In this document: positions 7,790 to 17,810 of the stretch, one piece after another
Layout: every line of letters begins with the position of its first letter
Position numbering within the stretch: position 1 is the stretch's first letter
Source of the DNA: an uncultured Gammaproteobacteria bacterium
GTDB taxonomy: Bacteria > Patescibacteriota > Patescibacteriia > UBA11705 > JABHMO01
Length of the DNA stretch: 64,000 nucleotides
Direction: 5' to 3'
NCBI GenBank assembly: GCA_964565345.1
Contig: CAZMEQ010000004.1
Coordinates: 2,873-66,872, forward strand
Program-made: the position numbers and the translations under genes
Notes under the pieces: model-generated
Seen by the model: the letters and a program-made list of their open reading frames with translations, nothing else
What the model was told of the DNA's origin: nothing
Database searches by the model: none

Positions 7790-9136
7790 ATGGATAAATT
7801 CGATGTCATAATTGTCGGGGCAGGTCCTGCTGGCATTTTTGCGGCCTATGAGCTTATTCGAAATCGCCCCTCTTTAAACATTTGTATTTTAGAAATTGGT
7901 AATTTAATCCGTAATCGTGGCCGGCAAGAAGTGATGTCTGGGGTAGGAGGAGCTGGAACTTTTTCTGATGGGAAGTTACATTACACTCCGGTTTTGAGTC
8001 ACGAAAAAATGTTCCACCTGTACCAAGCAGAAGAATACCAAAAATATTTGGATGAAGTTGAGCTAATTTTTGCTCAGTTTGGAGTTAGGGCTGAATATTA
8101 TCCACGGAATCTTGAAGAAGCGAAAAACCTAGCTGATAATGCCAAGAAGAAAGGCATTAAATTATTTATCCGCAAAGCACAGCATGTGGGCTCGGATAAA
8201 TTGCCGGAAGTTATAAAAAACTTTGAGGATTATTTACTCGCTCGTAATGTAAAGATTAAAGATAAAACAGAAGTTACTGATTTACTGATCGAGGCTGGCC
8301 AGGTTCAGGGTGTACGGTTAAGCACGGGCGAAAGTTTATTAGCGAATAAGATTATTGTGGCGCCTGGTCGTATTAGAGCCCAGTGGCTACAACAAATTTC
8401 GGAAAAACTTAATCTTTCGTATACTTATGAGAAGGTTGAAGTGGGCGTTAGAGTTGAGTTCTCCGAGGCCGTTTTAAAGAAACACGCTGAATTGATGTAT
8501 GAAACAGTTTTTATGATGCGGACTCCAACCTTTGATGATGTGGTTAGAACGTTTTGTCCTTGTCCTAAGGGTCATGTCGCGGCAGAACATTATGATGATT
8601 TTGTTTGTGTAAATGGTCATTCAAATTCAAACCATAATTCTGAAAATTCTAATTTTGCATTTGTCTCAGAGGTTACTTTGACCGAGCCAGTGGAAAATAC
8701 TATCGCCTATGCTAAGTCTATCGCTAAATTAGCTTCAACTATAGGTGGAGGAAAACCGATTTTGCAACGATTAACTGATTTGCAAAAAGGTAGACGCAGT
8801 ACCTGGGAACGCATTAATAAAAGCTTTGTCTTGCCCTCTTTGCGTGATGTAACCCCAGGGGATATTTCAATGGCATTACCGCATCGAATAGTTCGTAATA
8901 TAATGGAAGGGTTAGAGATGTTAGATCAAGTGTTACCAGGGATTAACTCTGGACATACACTACTCTACGCACCAGAAATTAAATTGCGTTCGTCAAAAAT
9001 TCAAACAGATAAATATTTGCAAACTGAAATAAAAGGACTTTATGTGGCTGGTGATGGGGCTGGTGTCTCTGGCAATATCACTGGGGCTGCAGCAACAGGT
9101 ATAATTGCAGCACAAGGTGTTTTAAATAACTTTTAA
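7790..9136 (+). CDS. Uncharacterised NAD(P)/FAD-dependent oxidoreductase
   Basis: GAGPAG Rossmann motif, GGAGTFSDGK, RTFCPCPKG, C-terminal AGDGAG. Confidence 0.85.
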   Translation: MDKFDVIIVGAGPAGIFAAYELIRNRPSLNICILEIGNLIRNRGRQEVMSGVGGAGTFSDGKLHYTPVLSHEKMFHLYQAEEYQKYLDEVELIFAQFGVRAEYYPRNLEEAKNLADNAKKKGIKLFIRKAQHVGSDKLPEVIKNFEDYLLARNVKIKDKTEVTDLLIEAGQVQGVRLSTGESLLANKIIVAPGRIRAQWLQQISEKLNLSYTYEKVEVGVRVEFSEAVLKKHAELMYETVFMMRTPTFDDVVRTFCPCPKGHVAAEHYDDFVCVNGHSNSNHNSENSNFAFVSEVTLTEPVENTIAYAKSIAKLASTIGGGKPILQRLTDLQKGRRSTWERINKSFVLPSLRDVTPGDISMALPHRIVRNIMEGLEMLDQVLPGINSGHTLLYAPEIKLRSSKIQTDKYLQTEIKGLYVAGDGAGVSGNITGAAATGIIAAQGVLNNF

Positions 9137-9137
9137 C

Positions 9138-9809
9138 ATGGACTTTGGTATTGAATTAGCCAGTAGAAAAAAGCAAAGAACAAAGCTGCCACAAATTATT
9201 AATGTTTTGTTGATGGGCAGTGCTTTGTTATGTTTGTTTTTTTTGTTTATTGCGTGGAGAGTCCAAGAAAAATATGCGGAACAGATAGTCCCAGTCGAAG
9301 AAATTACGGGGCCTAATATTGCGCTTGTCTTTGGGGCGGGGTTAAAAAAATCAGGCGCTCCGAGTCATATATTGGAAGATAGAGTTTTAACAGCTATAAA
9401 ACTTTATCAAGATGGTCGAGTTGGTAAAATTATAATGAGTGGAGCAAACCCCGTTGTTGATTACAATGAAGTTCAAGCTATGAAAGACTTTGCTTTGTCC
9501 GAAGGCTTACCGGATGACGCTATAATTTTAGATTATGCGGGGCGCAGAACTTATGACAGTTGTTATCGTTTAAAAGAAATTTTTTCTCTTAATAAAATTA
9601 TTTTAGTAACGCAGGCTTATCATTTACCTCGAGCTTTGTATTTGTGTGAATCTTTAGGCGTATCAGCTCGTGGTATTTCGGCCATAGATCGTGGTTACTT
9701 TTACCAATGGAAATATAATTTACGGGAATGGCCAGCAAGTTTTAAGGCTTGGTTAGATATTAATTTTTTGAAACCAAAACCAATTTTGGGTGAAAAAATA
9801 GAATTATAA
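9138..9809 (+). CDS. SanA/YdcF (DUF218) family protein
   Basis: N-terminal TM helix, LVFGAG, DYAGRRTYDSCYR, VTQAYHLPRA. Confidence 0.85.
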   Translation: MDFGIELASRKKQRTKLPQIINVLLMGSALLCLFFLFIAWRVQEKYAEQIVPVEEITGPNIALVFGAGLKKSGAPSHILEDRVLTAIKLYQDGRVGKIIMSGANPVVDYNEVQAMKDFALSEGLPDDAIILDYAGRRTYDSCYRLKEIFSLNKIILVTQAYHLPRALYLCESLGVSARGISAIDRGYFYQWKYNLREWPASFKAWLDINFLKPKPILGEKIEL

Positions 9810-9856
9810 GTGCGACGCCTAAGAGTCTATTAGTAAAAAAGATTCTTTTTTGATTC

Positions 9857-9885
9857 TTGAAAATAAATAGTTTTTCTAATATAAT
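9857..9885 (+). promoter_or_regulatory. Sigma70-type promoter
   Basis: TTGAAA-17 nt-TATAAT. Confidence 0.6.
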
Positions 9886-9912
9886 AAAATGTCGTTTGTG
9901 AAGGAGGACAGA

Positions 9913-10488
9913 ATGCGACCCAAAAACATTCTGATAACTGGTATTGGACTAAGCGGCAAGAGTACCTTGCGCCGCCAACTCGTGGACTTTCTGACAAATC
10001 TGGGGGTCAATTTCGTACAGCATGACGCTGATGGTTTCGCGGAAGTGCGCGACATCCGAGATGCGCGCAATGTCCTGTCGGCCGATGAGATCCAGCTTGC
10101 ACTGACACGACGCGAGACAGTGGTCCTGGTCGAAGATGTTCACGGCGCTGAGCTCGAGGGAAACTTGCGGCCTTTGGTGGCCTACGACCTGGTCTTGTAC
10201 GTTGAGCCTACGCGCTGGGCGTACTTCTTCTTCTGGCTGAGTCGAGCTTGGCAGTGGTTCCGGCGTGGACACTATGCGTGGGATCGTGAGGCCGGCTGGT
10301 CTGGCTCGGGTAAGCCATACCAACTCCGAAACCTGCTTCACATCGGTTATCACATGATTCGAGCGCTCTGGCATCGCAAACGCTGGGTGGCCCAGGATCA
10401 CTGGGTCATGAGGAATTCTGGCTGTATGGTCTGGGTTCTGCGTTCCTACTGGACGCGGCGCGGCCCTGGGTTTCTGTTCAAGTTCTAG
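9913..10488 (+). CDS. P-loop NTPase/kinase-like hypothetical protein (GC-rich islet)
   Basis: ILITGIGLSGKST Walker A; AAGGAGG SD places the start at 9913; terminator at 10497-10527. Confidence 0.7.
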   Translation: MRPKNILITGIGLSGKSTLRRQLVDFLTNLGVNFVQHDADGFAEVRDIRDARNVLSADEIQLALTRRETVVLVEDVHGAELEGNLRPLVAYDLVLYVEPTRWAYFFFWLSRAWQWFRRGHYAWDREAGWSGSGKPYQLRNLLHIGYHMIRALWHRKRWVAQDHWVMRNSGCMVWVLRSYWTRRGPGFLFKF

Positions 10489-10866
10489 CTCCCAATGTCG
10501 TTGGCTGCACCGGCTGACGACTTTTTTATTTAAAATTAGAATAAAAGCCGTTTTCGATGTAACACTTTTAGTCCTTGGACCGTCTTATATAATAGAGTCC
10601 CACGTACTATTAAGGTACGGGGCAATTAATATGAATAAAAATTGGCACAATTATCCTTGTGTTGAAAAGACTGACTTACGTTCAGGCTGGATTTTTGGTA
10701 TGTACCAAAAAGCTAGCGGAGCGAAAGCTGATCTGTTTGTACGGATAATTGTGTTTAATAAGAATTAAAAAAATTTCTTCTATACAATTACGCGTCCAGT
10801 CAGATCGGCTGGACGCGTTTGTTTGCTTCTGGCTGTGATCATTACAACCCACACGGGAGGGTTCCC

Positions 10867-12054
10867 ATGTCCGAAAAGATCGAGCGGAACTTTGTCATCT
10901 TCAAGATTCTCTTTCAGTTTTTCTTCGCCTTGTCATTTCCCATGTACGTGCTCTTTCTGAAAGACGGTGGAATGAACCCCAATCAGATTGGACTCGTCAA
11001 CACCCTGTTCATGGTTGCGGTCTGCTTGTTTGAAGTGCCCACTGGCATTGTTGGTGATCGGTTTGGTCGTAAGAAATCGATCATCATCGGTTTGGGTGTA
11101 AGTAGCTTGGGCTTTATGTGGTACTTTGCCAGTACCAGTTTCTGGATGTACGTTGCGGCGGAGGTCATCCTGGCTCTGGGCATGAGTTTCATATCGGGTT
11201 CGCTCCAAGCTTGGCTTAAGGACACGCTGCACTACCATAACGGCAAGAAAAGTTTCGGCGTTGTTTGGAGTAATGGCTCTAAGTTCGCTCACTTGGCTGG
11301 AATCTTGGGTGGGTCAACCGGAGCCCTACTGGGAAGTTACTGCATCTCTTGTCCATGGCTCTTGGCCAGTTTGGGGACACTGTTCCTGACTGTTCTCTCG
11401 TGCTTTATCGTGGACGAAAGCTACTTTAAGCACACAAACCTGAGCTGGAAAGAGGGCGCCAAGGAGTTTTCTCGTCTTTTTAAAACAGCGACTTCTTTGG
11501 CTTACCGGCAAAAGAAGATTCGTTATTTCTTTGCCATCACTTGCCTGACAACCTTTGCATTGCAACCGCTAAACCAACAGTGGTCCTTGTTTTTTGAGGC
11601 AACCTTTGACCTGAAGTCCATCATGTTCGTATGGATGGGGATGTCTTTGGCTCTGTTTGTCGGTTCGCACACAGCGAGTCGACTCTTGAAAAAAGAAAAG
11701 AATCAGGAATTGGCCTACCTCCTGATGGCCTTGCTCATCAAGAGCAGTTGCATTATTGTCATGTCGCAACAAACAAGCTCAATTCTTGTTCTGTTGCTGT
11801 TCTTGGGACACGAGCTACCTCGTGGCTCTTGGGAGCCCCTAGCTGAATCCTACTTGCAGAAACAAGTTCCGGATGAAGTCCGTGCCACCATGGGGTCTCT
11901 CTCGTCGCTGGTGAATAAGCTCGGGGCTGGCGCGGGATGGCTCCTGGCTGGGTTTATGCTAGAACACTGGCACATCCTCGATTGTTGGCTTGTTGGTGGG
12001 CTCGCACTCTTGCTCACCATCCCATTCTTCTACCTGCTGCTCCGAGAAAGTTAA
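10867..12054 (+). CDS. MFS transporter (GC-rich islet)
   Basis: FEVPTGIVGDRFGRKKS motif A, about 12 hydrophobic segments; GGGAGG SD before ATG 10867. Confidence 0.9.
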   Translation: MSEKIERNFVIFKILFQFFFALSFPMYVLFLKDGGMNPNQIGLVNTLFMVAVCLFEVPTGIVGDRFGRKKSIIIGLGVSSLGFMWYFASTSFWMYVAAEVILALGMSFISGSLQAWLKDTLHYHNGKKSFGVVWSNGSKFAHLAGILGGSTGALLGSYCISCPWLLASLGTLFLTVLSCFIVDESYFKHTNLSWKEGAKEFSRLFKTATSLAYRQKKIRYFFAITCLTTFALQPLNQQWSLFFEATFDLKSIMFVWMGMSLALFVGSHTASRLLKKEKNQELAYLLMALLIKSSCIIVMSQQTSSILVLLLFLGHELPRGSWEPLAESYLQKQVPDEVRATMGSLSSLVNKLGAGAGWLLAGFMLEHWHILDCWLVGGLALLLTIPFFYLLLRES

Positions 12055-12055
12055 C

Positions 12056-12090
12056 AAACGCCGCTTGATCACATGGATCAGGCGGCGTTT
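12056..12090. terminator. Bidirectional terminator overlapping the stop of the convergent gene
   Basis: AAACGCCGCTTGATC-ACATG-GATCAGGCGGCGTTT. Confidence 0.7.
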
Positions 12091-13004
12091 ATAATAGATT
12101 CAATTTTTTCTTTTTTCTTTTCCAGTAAAGAAAGCAAATAATTTAGCGAATGGAGAGAATAATTTTTGGCTTCTTTATCTTTGTTATAAAGAAATTTAAT
12201 ATAAAAGGATAGGGCTCTTTCAATGACAGCAAACTTAATAGCAGGATATAGATATTTTTTTTCTTGTTGACTTAATTTTCTTTCTTTTTGGTAGTTATCA
12301 AGAATGCGTTTTAATTTTTTATTGCACCAGGCTTTCCAGTTGGTATGAAAACACCAGCCGCGGAGGACCTGCCCTAAATCATAGATGAGTGGGGCATAAT
12401 AACTGCGTTCAAAATCAATCAGCCCAGAAATTTTTCCGTCTAGCCACAGGACATGTCGCTTGCCTAAGTCTTCATGAATCATCCCTCTGGGCAAGTTGTT
12501 GGGAATTATAATAGTACTAAGCTCTTTTTGTATTTGTTGTAAAATTTTATCTTTGGGAAATTTAGTTTTCAGTTCAGTTAAATGTCTCTCAGTTGTTTTT
12601 AGATCCCACTTATGGAGAATTTTATTTTTTGTTTGATAGTTTTGGATACTTTTATGGAATCGTCCAAAGACCATGGAGAATTCGGCTACTTCAAATGGAT
12701 TGGGAGTGGCTTTAGATCGTCCGTCGATATGTTTTTTTATTAAAATGTTAGAGGCGCCAAACTTCAGTATAGAAATAATTGGTGCAACTGGAATTTTCTT
12801 TTTGATCAAGAATTCGGATAATTCTTTTTGGGCAGCTAATTCTTTGAGCGATCTAAAACGAGGCCCTTTGTTGTAAAGAGTAAAAACATAGTTATCTCTA
12901 TTTGTTTTAATTAAATAATTACGATCAGAATTTTTTTCGAGTAAGCTAAAAGAAAGAAGAGTACCTAATTTTTGTAATGATGTGATTTTGGGTATGTTTA
13001 TCAT
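12078..13004 (-). CDS. APH/type II homoserine kinase-like phosphotransferase
   Basis: LPRGMIHEDL Brenner-like motif, GLIDFE, YDLG. Confidence 0.8.
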   Translation of the reverse strand: MINIPKITSLQKLGTLLSFSLLEKNSDRNYLIKTNRDNYVFTLYNKGPRFRSLKELAAQKELSEFLIKKKIPVAPIISILKFGASNILIKKHIDGRSKATPNPFEVAEFSMVFGRFHKSIQNYQTKNKILHKWDLKTTERHLTELKTKFPKDKILQQIQKELSTIIIPNNLPRGMIHEDLGKRHVLWLDGKISGLIDFERSYYAPLIYDLGQVLRGWCFHTNWKAWCNKKLKRILDNYQKERKLSQQEKKYLYPAIKFAVIERALSFYIKFLYNKDKEAKNYSLHSLNYLLSLLEKKKEKIESIINAA

Positions 13005-13105
13005 GATTTAAGTGTAGCAAATTTATATTAGTAGAGAAGGGGGCATGCAAAAAATTTATAAAAAAATATCGACGCCTCAGCTGTGGCCGAAGCGTCGAAG
13101 TTGGG

Positions 13106-14209
13106 TCAGGCAATTCTTGCCTCCGTCGGGGTGAGATTGAGTTCGCCCTGTCCCAGGGGGGTGAGGTGTCGCGTGAGATTCGTTGCGACCAGGCGTCTCA
13201 AGTCACTCAGTGTCAGGTTCAACCGCGTGCCGGTAGGTTCGCGGAAGTAGATCAAGAAGCCTTTCTGGTGGTAGAACACGTCGGCTTGGGGCTCTGCTTG
13301 GCGCAGGGCCTGGGCCAACTTTTCCATCCCGGCCACGTACTTGGTTTTACGCGACAGGATGGCCACCGTGAAGCGACCACGGAGTTCCGGCCTTCCGGTA
13401 TTTTCCGCCACCATGATGTCAACGTCCGAGTGACGTCGGTCGTTCATGATGTCGCGCAGGTCGCTCGGAGCGAAGGGGTGCGCAGGCACAAAGGCGATCC
13501 GCAATCCACCAACTTCCTGCACCTCGATCGTGGGCTCCACCGCTTGTGCGAAGGTGGTTTCACGTTCGTAGTAATTACGCGCTTCCTGGGCGTAGCACTG
13601 GAGTGCGTTGACCAGGCAAACCATGTGCAACAAGTCCGGAGTCCCACTCGGCTTGTTCTTGACCAAGGTCATGAACCAGGTCGGGCCTGGCAAGTTGGGT
13701 ACGAATCGGCCTACCGGGCCGTGCTCTTCGTAGAGCATCTCGTTCAAGGTGCCGATGGTTTCGTACACCTCTTCTTCCAGGTCACCGACTTCGTGGCCGG
13801 AGTCGATCCGGTTGACGAACTCGACGAGTCGCTTCAAGTACTTGGGCGGGTTAAATCCTTCGCCCACGAACAGGAGCTCAAAAATGATCTCCGAGGCACT
13901 GTGGAATTCGCAGTCCACATAGTGGTGGTCGAAGATCAGGTTGTCGAGGTCCAGCCGGCCACCGGTGTCGATGTGCACGACCACGTCGCGTCCGTGGAAC
14001 GATTTGTACGAGTCGGGGTCCAAGAGCTGCCCCGGAGGGACGAAATGCCAGTGGATCCGGTTTTCATACAAGTTGAACCCGGATTTCTTGAGGATCATGA
14101 GGGCGCCGACGGCACCGTCCTGGTCCGGGTCCTGGTGTGTCACGATGTGCAAGTTGTGGGCATCGCGCAGACGGCGAATCACCGCCCTTTTCTGTTCGGG
14201 GGAAAACAT
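13106..14209 (-). CDS. DHH-like phosphoesterase, divergent (GC-rich islet)
   Basis: VTHQDPDQDG, HIDTGG, FDHH, SASEII motifs; AAGGAGG SD; TTGACA-17-TATGAT promoter; terminator at ~13060-13098. Confidence 0.65.
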   Translation of the reverse strand: MFSPEQKRAVIRRLRDAHNLHIVTHQDPDQDGAVGALMILKKSGFNLYENRIHWHFVPPGQLLDPDSYKSFHGRDVVVHIDTGGRLDLDNLIFDHHYVDCEFHSASEIIFELLFVGEGFNPPKYLKRLVEFVNRIDSGHEVGDLEEEVYETIGTLNEMLYEEHGPVGRFVPNLPGPTWFMTLVKNKPSGTPDLLHMVCLVNALQCYAQEARNYYERETTFAQAVEPTIEVQEVGGLRIAFVPAHPFAPSDLRDIMNDRRHSDVDIMVAENTGRPELRGRFTVAILSRKTKYVAGMEKLAQALRQAEPQADVFYHQKGFLIYFREPTGTRLNLTLSDLRRLVATNLTRHLTPLGQGELNLTPTEARIA

Positions 14210-14330
14210 GGGTAACCTCCTTGAATGTGACCTGCTATCATAATATAAATGGGGCGTTTTGTCAAGATAAAAGTTGTCTAATTTTAGATAAAATTGAATA
14301 AAAGCTAATTTTCTGCTAAATTTAGTCTAT

Positions 14331-15545
14331 ATGAAGAAAGTAGAACTTTTGGCCCCAGCTGGAAATCTTAAAAAATTGAAGTACGCCTTGGCCTTTGGCG
14401 CGGATGCGGTCTATTGTGGTCTGCCTGATTTTTCTTTGCGTGTGCGTATTAACCAGTTTAACTTGAAGACTCTAAAAGAAGGAATTGCGTTGGCACAGGG
14501 CCAAGGGAAAAAGGTTTATGTTACAACTAATATCTTTGCGCACAATAAGCATTTAAAAAAATTAGAACCTCATTTGAAACAGTTAAAAAAATTACAGCCA
14601 GACGCTCTTATTGTCTCTGATCCTGGGGTAATACAACTTGTTAAAAAAATTTGGCCTAAGTGCGAAATTCATCTTTCTACCCAAGCCAATTGCACTAACT
14701 GGCAAGCCGCAAAATTTTGGTATGATCAAGGAGTCAAAAGAATTATTTTGGGCCGAGAAGTTACCTTAAAGGAAATTAAAGAAATTCATCAGAAAGTTCC
14801 TAAAGTTCAATTAGAAGTTTTTGTTCATGGGGCCATGTGCATGTCTTATTCTGGTCGATGTTTACTTTCAAAATATTATACTAATAGAAGTGCTAATTTG
14901 GGTGACTGCACACAACCTTGTCGTTGGCAGTTTCGACATTTTATTGGCGAGGTAACGCGTCCTGATGATTTGTTAGAAGTTGAAGAAGATGACCGCGGAA
15001 CCTATATTATGAATTCACGCGATTTATGTTTGATTGAATATTTAGATCAATTGAAGAAAGCTGGTGTGATGTCGTTTAAGATTGAAGGCCGGGCTAAAAG
15101 TATTTATTATTTAGCCAATACAGTTAAGGTTTATCGCGAGGTTATGAATAAGAAAGAAAGAATTAAGAATTTTGAACCATATCTAAAAGAATTAAAGAAA
15201 ACACAAAACCGAGGCTTCACCAAAGGCTTTATTTTTGGTGCAGAACAAGTTGAGCAAGAGGTTAATAAAAGCCACGAAGATTGTCCTTGGGAGTTTTGTG
15301 GAGAAATTGTGGGCTGGGAAAAGGGTCTGGCCAAGATTATGGTTCATAATCAATTGAAAGTAGGCGATAAAGTGGAACTGATTACTCCGAAAGGCGAAAA
15401 CATTGATTTGAAAATTAGCCAGCTGGAAGATAAAAATCATCGCACAATAGAAGAAGCGCATGGGGGACAAGAGACGATCATTTATATCCACAGCAAGAAG
15501 GAAATTCCTGTCTACACTCTGATTAGACGTAGGTTGTCCAAGTAG
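14331..15545 (+). CDS. Peptidase U32 family protein (TrhP/YegQ-like tRNA hydroxylation)
   Basis: ELLAPAG, HLSTQAN, HGAMCMSYSGRC, CTQPCR, FKIEGR. Confidence 0.9.
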   Translation: MKKVELLAPAGNLKKLKYALAFGADAVYCGLPDFSLRVRINQFNLKTLKEGIALAQGQGKKVYVTTNIFAHNKHLKKLEPHLKQLKKLQPDALIVSDPGVIQLVKKIWPKCEIHLSTQANCTNWQAAKFWYDQGVKRIILGREVTLKEIKEIHQKVPKVQLEVFVHGAMCMSYSGRCLLSKYYTNRSANLGDCTQPCRWQFRHFIGEVTRPDDLLEVEEDDRGTYIMNSRDLCLIEYLDQLKKAGVMSFKIEGRAKSIYYLANTVKVYREVMNKKERIKNFEPYLKELKKTQNRGFTKGFIFGAEQVEQEVNKSHEDCPWEFCGEIVGWEKGLAKIMVHNQLKVGDKVELITPKGENIDLKISQLEDKNHRTIEEAHGGQETIIYIHSKKEIPVYTLIRRRLSK

Positions 15546-15570
15546 GTGCAATGATGTAAAATTATAATAT

Positions 15571-16152
15571 ATGATAGCGAGTATTAAAGGAATTCTTAAG
15601 TTTAAGCGAGAGAATTTTTTGATTCTTGAAAATAACGGCATAGGCTATAAAGTTTTTGTGCCAGAGAATATACTTTTGAGCAAAAACGTTGGTGATGAAT
15701 TAGAGCTTTATACTTATCATCATGTGCGCGAGGATATAATGCAACTTTTTGGTTTTACTAGTCTGGAAGAGTTAGAGTTATTTGAAAAATTAATTTCTGT
15801 ATCCGGTGTTGGGCCTAAAACTGGCATGAATGTCTTTGGGGTGGCTAGCGTTAAGGATATTAAATCAGCTATAGTTAACGAGAATCCGAATATATTAAAA
15901 AAGGTTTCTGGGATAGGAGCAAAAACAGCCGAAAGAATTGTCTTGGAATTAAAAAATAAGATCGGAGCCTTGGTTGGCCATGACGGGATTAAGACTGAAG
16001 AAGAAATGACCACTGATTCAGATGTTATTGATGCCTTGGTTTCCTTGGGCTATCAAGCCAGACAAGCGCAAGAAGCATTAAAAAAAATTGATCAGAATAT
16101 AAAAGAATCTGGAGCAAAAGTAAAAGCTGTGCTTAAGATTTTAACTAAATAG
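15571..16152 (+). CDS. ruvA: Holliday junction branch migration protein RuvA
   Basis: MIASIKG, GIGYKV, LFGF, VSGVGPK, VSGIGAKTAERIVLELK, ALVSLGY. Confidence 0.97.
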   Translation: MIASIKGILKFKRENFLILENNGIGYKVFVPENILLSKNVGDELELYTYHHVREDIMQLFGFTSLEELELFEKLISVSGVGPKTGMNVFGVASVKDIKSAIVNENPNILKKVSGIGAKTAERIVLELKNKIGALVGHDGIKTEEEMTTDSDVIDALVSLGYQARQAQEALKKIDQNIKESGAKVKAVLKILTK

Positions 16153-16171
16153 TAGATTAATCTAAGCGCCA

Positions 16172-16222
16172 GTCATTTGCAGATGCCGGATCCCCCGCAT
16201 TAAATGCGGGGCCGGTATGACA
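16172..16222. repeat. GTCAT...ATGACA-type palindrome with a nested CCCCGCA...TGCGGGG element
   Basis: GATGCCGGAT-CCCCCGCATTAAATGCGGGG-CCGGTATGACA. Confidence 0.6.
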
Positions 16223-16249
16223 GTGCTGGCGTAATTTGCCTAAGAAACT

Positions 16250-17260
16250 ATGATTTTACGTGAAGCAACAATTAATGATAAAGAAAACTGGGACCGTTTT
16301 GTCGAAACAACCGAAGGCGGTTCCTTTGTTCAATCTTGGGCTTGGAGCGAGTTCATGTCTACGCAAAAAGAAAAGGTCTGGCGTTATTTGATTGAATCAG
16401 ATGACAAGATTGTGGCCGTTATGTTTTTATTTCTTTCAAGACTCAAATTGAAGCAAACTTTATTATATTCACCTAAGGGTCCAATTATTAGCACAGAAAT
16501 TGAGCGCGCCAAAGCGTGGGATTTATTCATGACCACAGTGGACCAAATTGCCGACGAAGAAAAAGCCTTAACTTTCCAATTAGACCCAGAAACTAGCGAT
16601 GTAACTTGGTGTCAATTGTTCGATCAGGCTGGATTGGTTAAGTCTAAGATTGATATACAACCTCGCCACACTTTAATTTTGGATATTCGTAAGTCAGAGG
16701 AAGATTTATTAAAACAAATGCACCAAAAAACGCGTTATAATATAAATTTGGCACATAAAAAAATGATTAAGGTGCGAGTTGACAATAAAGACGATAAAAA
16801 TTTAATTGAACTTTTAAAGAAAACAGAAGAGCGTCAGCGCATTCAACTTTTTGGTGCAGACTATTTTAAAAAATTATTACAATGCCCTTTAGTTAAATTG
16901 TATTTGGCTGACTATGCTGGTAAAACGATCGCGGCTAATGTTATGATTTTTTGGAATCATACTGCTACTTATTTGTTTGGAGCTTCGGATTATGAAGCTC
17001 GTGCTCTTATGGCGCCCTATCTTTTGCAGTGGCAGGCTATGAAGGATGCAAAAGATTCTGGTATGTGGTTTTATGATTTTTGGGGCGCAGCACCAGAAAA
17101 CGCCAAGGGACAAGAAATGAGTTGGGCTGGATTTACTAGATTCAAAAAAGGTTTTTCGCCAAATGCTGAAATTACAGAATTTTTAGGCGCCTACGAAAAA
17201 AATTATCAACCAGTGAAATTGGGCTTGTATCGATTTTTGCGCAAAATATATAAACGTTAA
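16250..17260 (+). CDS. FemAB/FemX peptidoglycan bridge peptidyltransferase
   Basis: FVQSWAW, YSPKGP, KTRYNI, YLFGAS, YLLQW, YDFWG, GFTRFKKGF. Confidence 0.92.
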   Translation: MILREATINDKENWDRFVETTEGGSFVQSWAWSEFMSTQKEKVWRYLIESDDKIVAVMFLFLSRLKLKQTLLYSPKGPIISTEIERAKAWDLFMTTVDQIADEEKALTFQLDPETSDVTWCQLFDQAGLVKSKIDIQPRHTLILDIRKSEEDLLKQMHQKTRYNINLAHKKMIKVRVDNKDDKNLIELLKKTEERQRIQLFGADYFKKLLQCPLVKLYLADYAGKTIAANVMIFWNHTATYLFGASDYEARALMAPYLLQWQAMKDAKDSGMWFYDFWGAAPENAKGQEMSWAGFTRFKKGFSPNAEITEFLGAYEKNYQPVKLGLYRFLRKIYKR

Positions 17261-17262
17261 AT

Positions 17263-17388
17263 ATGAAAAACTATTCGCGTCGAACTAATAAAAAAGTGAC
17301 GCGTTTTCGAACAGCTAGTGTCTTCAAGGCTTCGCATAGTGAAGAGAATAAACGGGTCAACGCGCATCTTAAAACAGCTCCCAGGTAG
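17263..17388 (+). CDS. Putative 41-aa basic small protein
   Basis: ATG 2 nt after the femAB-like stop: MKNYSRRTNKKVTRFRTASVFKASHSEENKRVNAHLKTAPR*; stop lies in the hairpin AACAGCTCCC...GGGAGCTGTT. Confidence 0.35.
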   Translation: MKNYSRRTNKKVTRFRTASVFKASHSEENKRVNAHLKTAPR

Positions 17389-17406
17389 GGAGCTGTTGTC
17401 ATTTGA

Positions 17407-17443
17407 TTTGCGAATCGACAACGGCGATGAAGCAAACCGCTAG
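17407..17443 (-). repeat. REP-like repeat, copy A (CTAGCGGTTTGC...TCGCAAA)
   Basis: Reverse complement CTAGCGGTTTGCTTCATCGCCGTTGTCGATTCGCAAA; supplies the GIY-YIG stop codon. Confidence 0.7.
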
Positions 17444-17769
17444 CCAAATTCATAAATATCATGTTCATACCAATCGTATGAAAGATCTTCCCATTTGGGG
17501 TCGGTAGCTTCAATTAAGTTTATTTTCTTTTTTCTTGAACCAGCCTTGATTTGTTTCTCTCTGGAATTTGCAGCATCAATACGTTGGTATATTTCGAAAT
17601 AGACTAACTTATCAAGGTTGTACCGTGATGAGAAAGACTTTGTGAAATATTTGTTTTTATGTTGCCAGACCCTTCTATAGAGATCAATTGTTACTCCGGT
17701 ACATAACGCCTGGTTTTTCTTGTTAGTCATAATGTAGACAGCGCAATTGGATTTATCCATATCTAACAT
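17440..17769 (-). CDS. GIY-YIG nuclease family protein
   Basis: AVYIMTNKKNQALCTGVTIDLYRRVWQHK...LVYFE...REKQIKAGSRKKKINLI...WEDL. Confidence 0.9.
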   Translation of the reverse strand: MLDMDKSNCAVYIMTNKKNQALCTGVTIDLYRRVWQHKNKYFTKSFSSRYNLDKLVYFEIYQRIDAANSREKQIKAGSRKKKINLIEATDPKWEDLSYDWYEHDIYEFG

Positions 17770-17810
17770 TAAAGAACAACGGTAAGATTTTGGTAATTTT
17801 AGGTGTGGGG

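Noticed and set aside
13166-14215. 349-aa plus-strand ORF, and similar antisense ORFs at 26382-27089 and 29755-30414
   Set aside because: Shadow ORFs antisense to GC-rich genes that have the SD, promoter, terminator and protein motifs.
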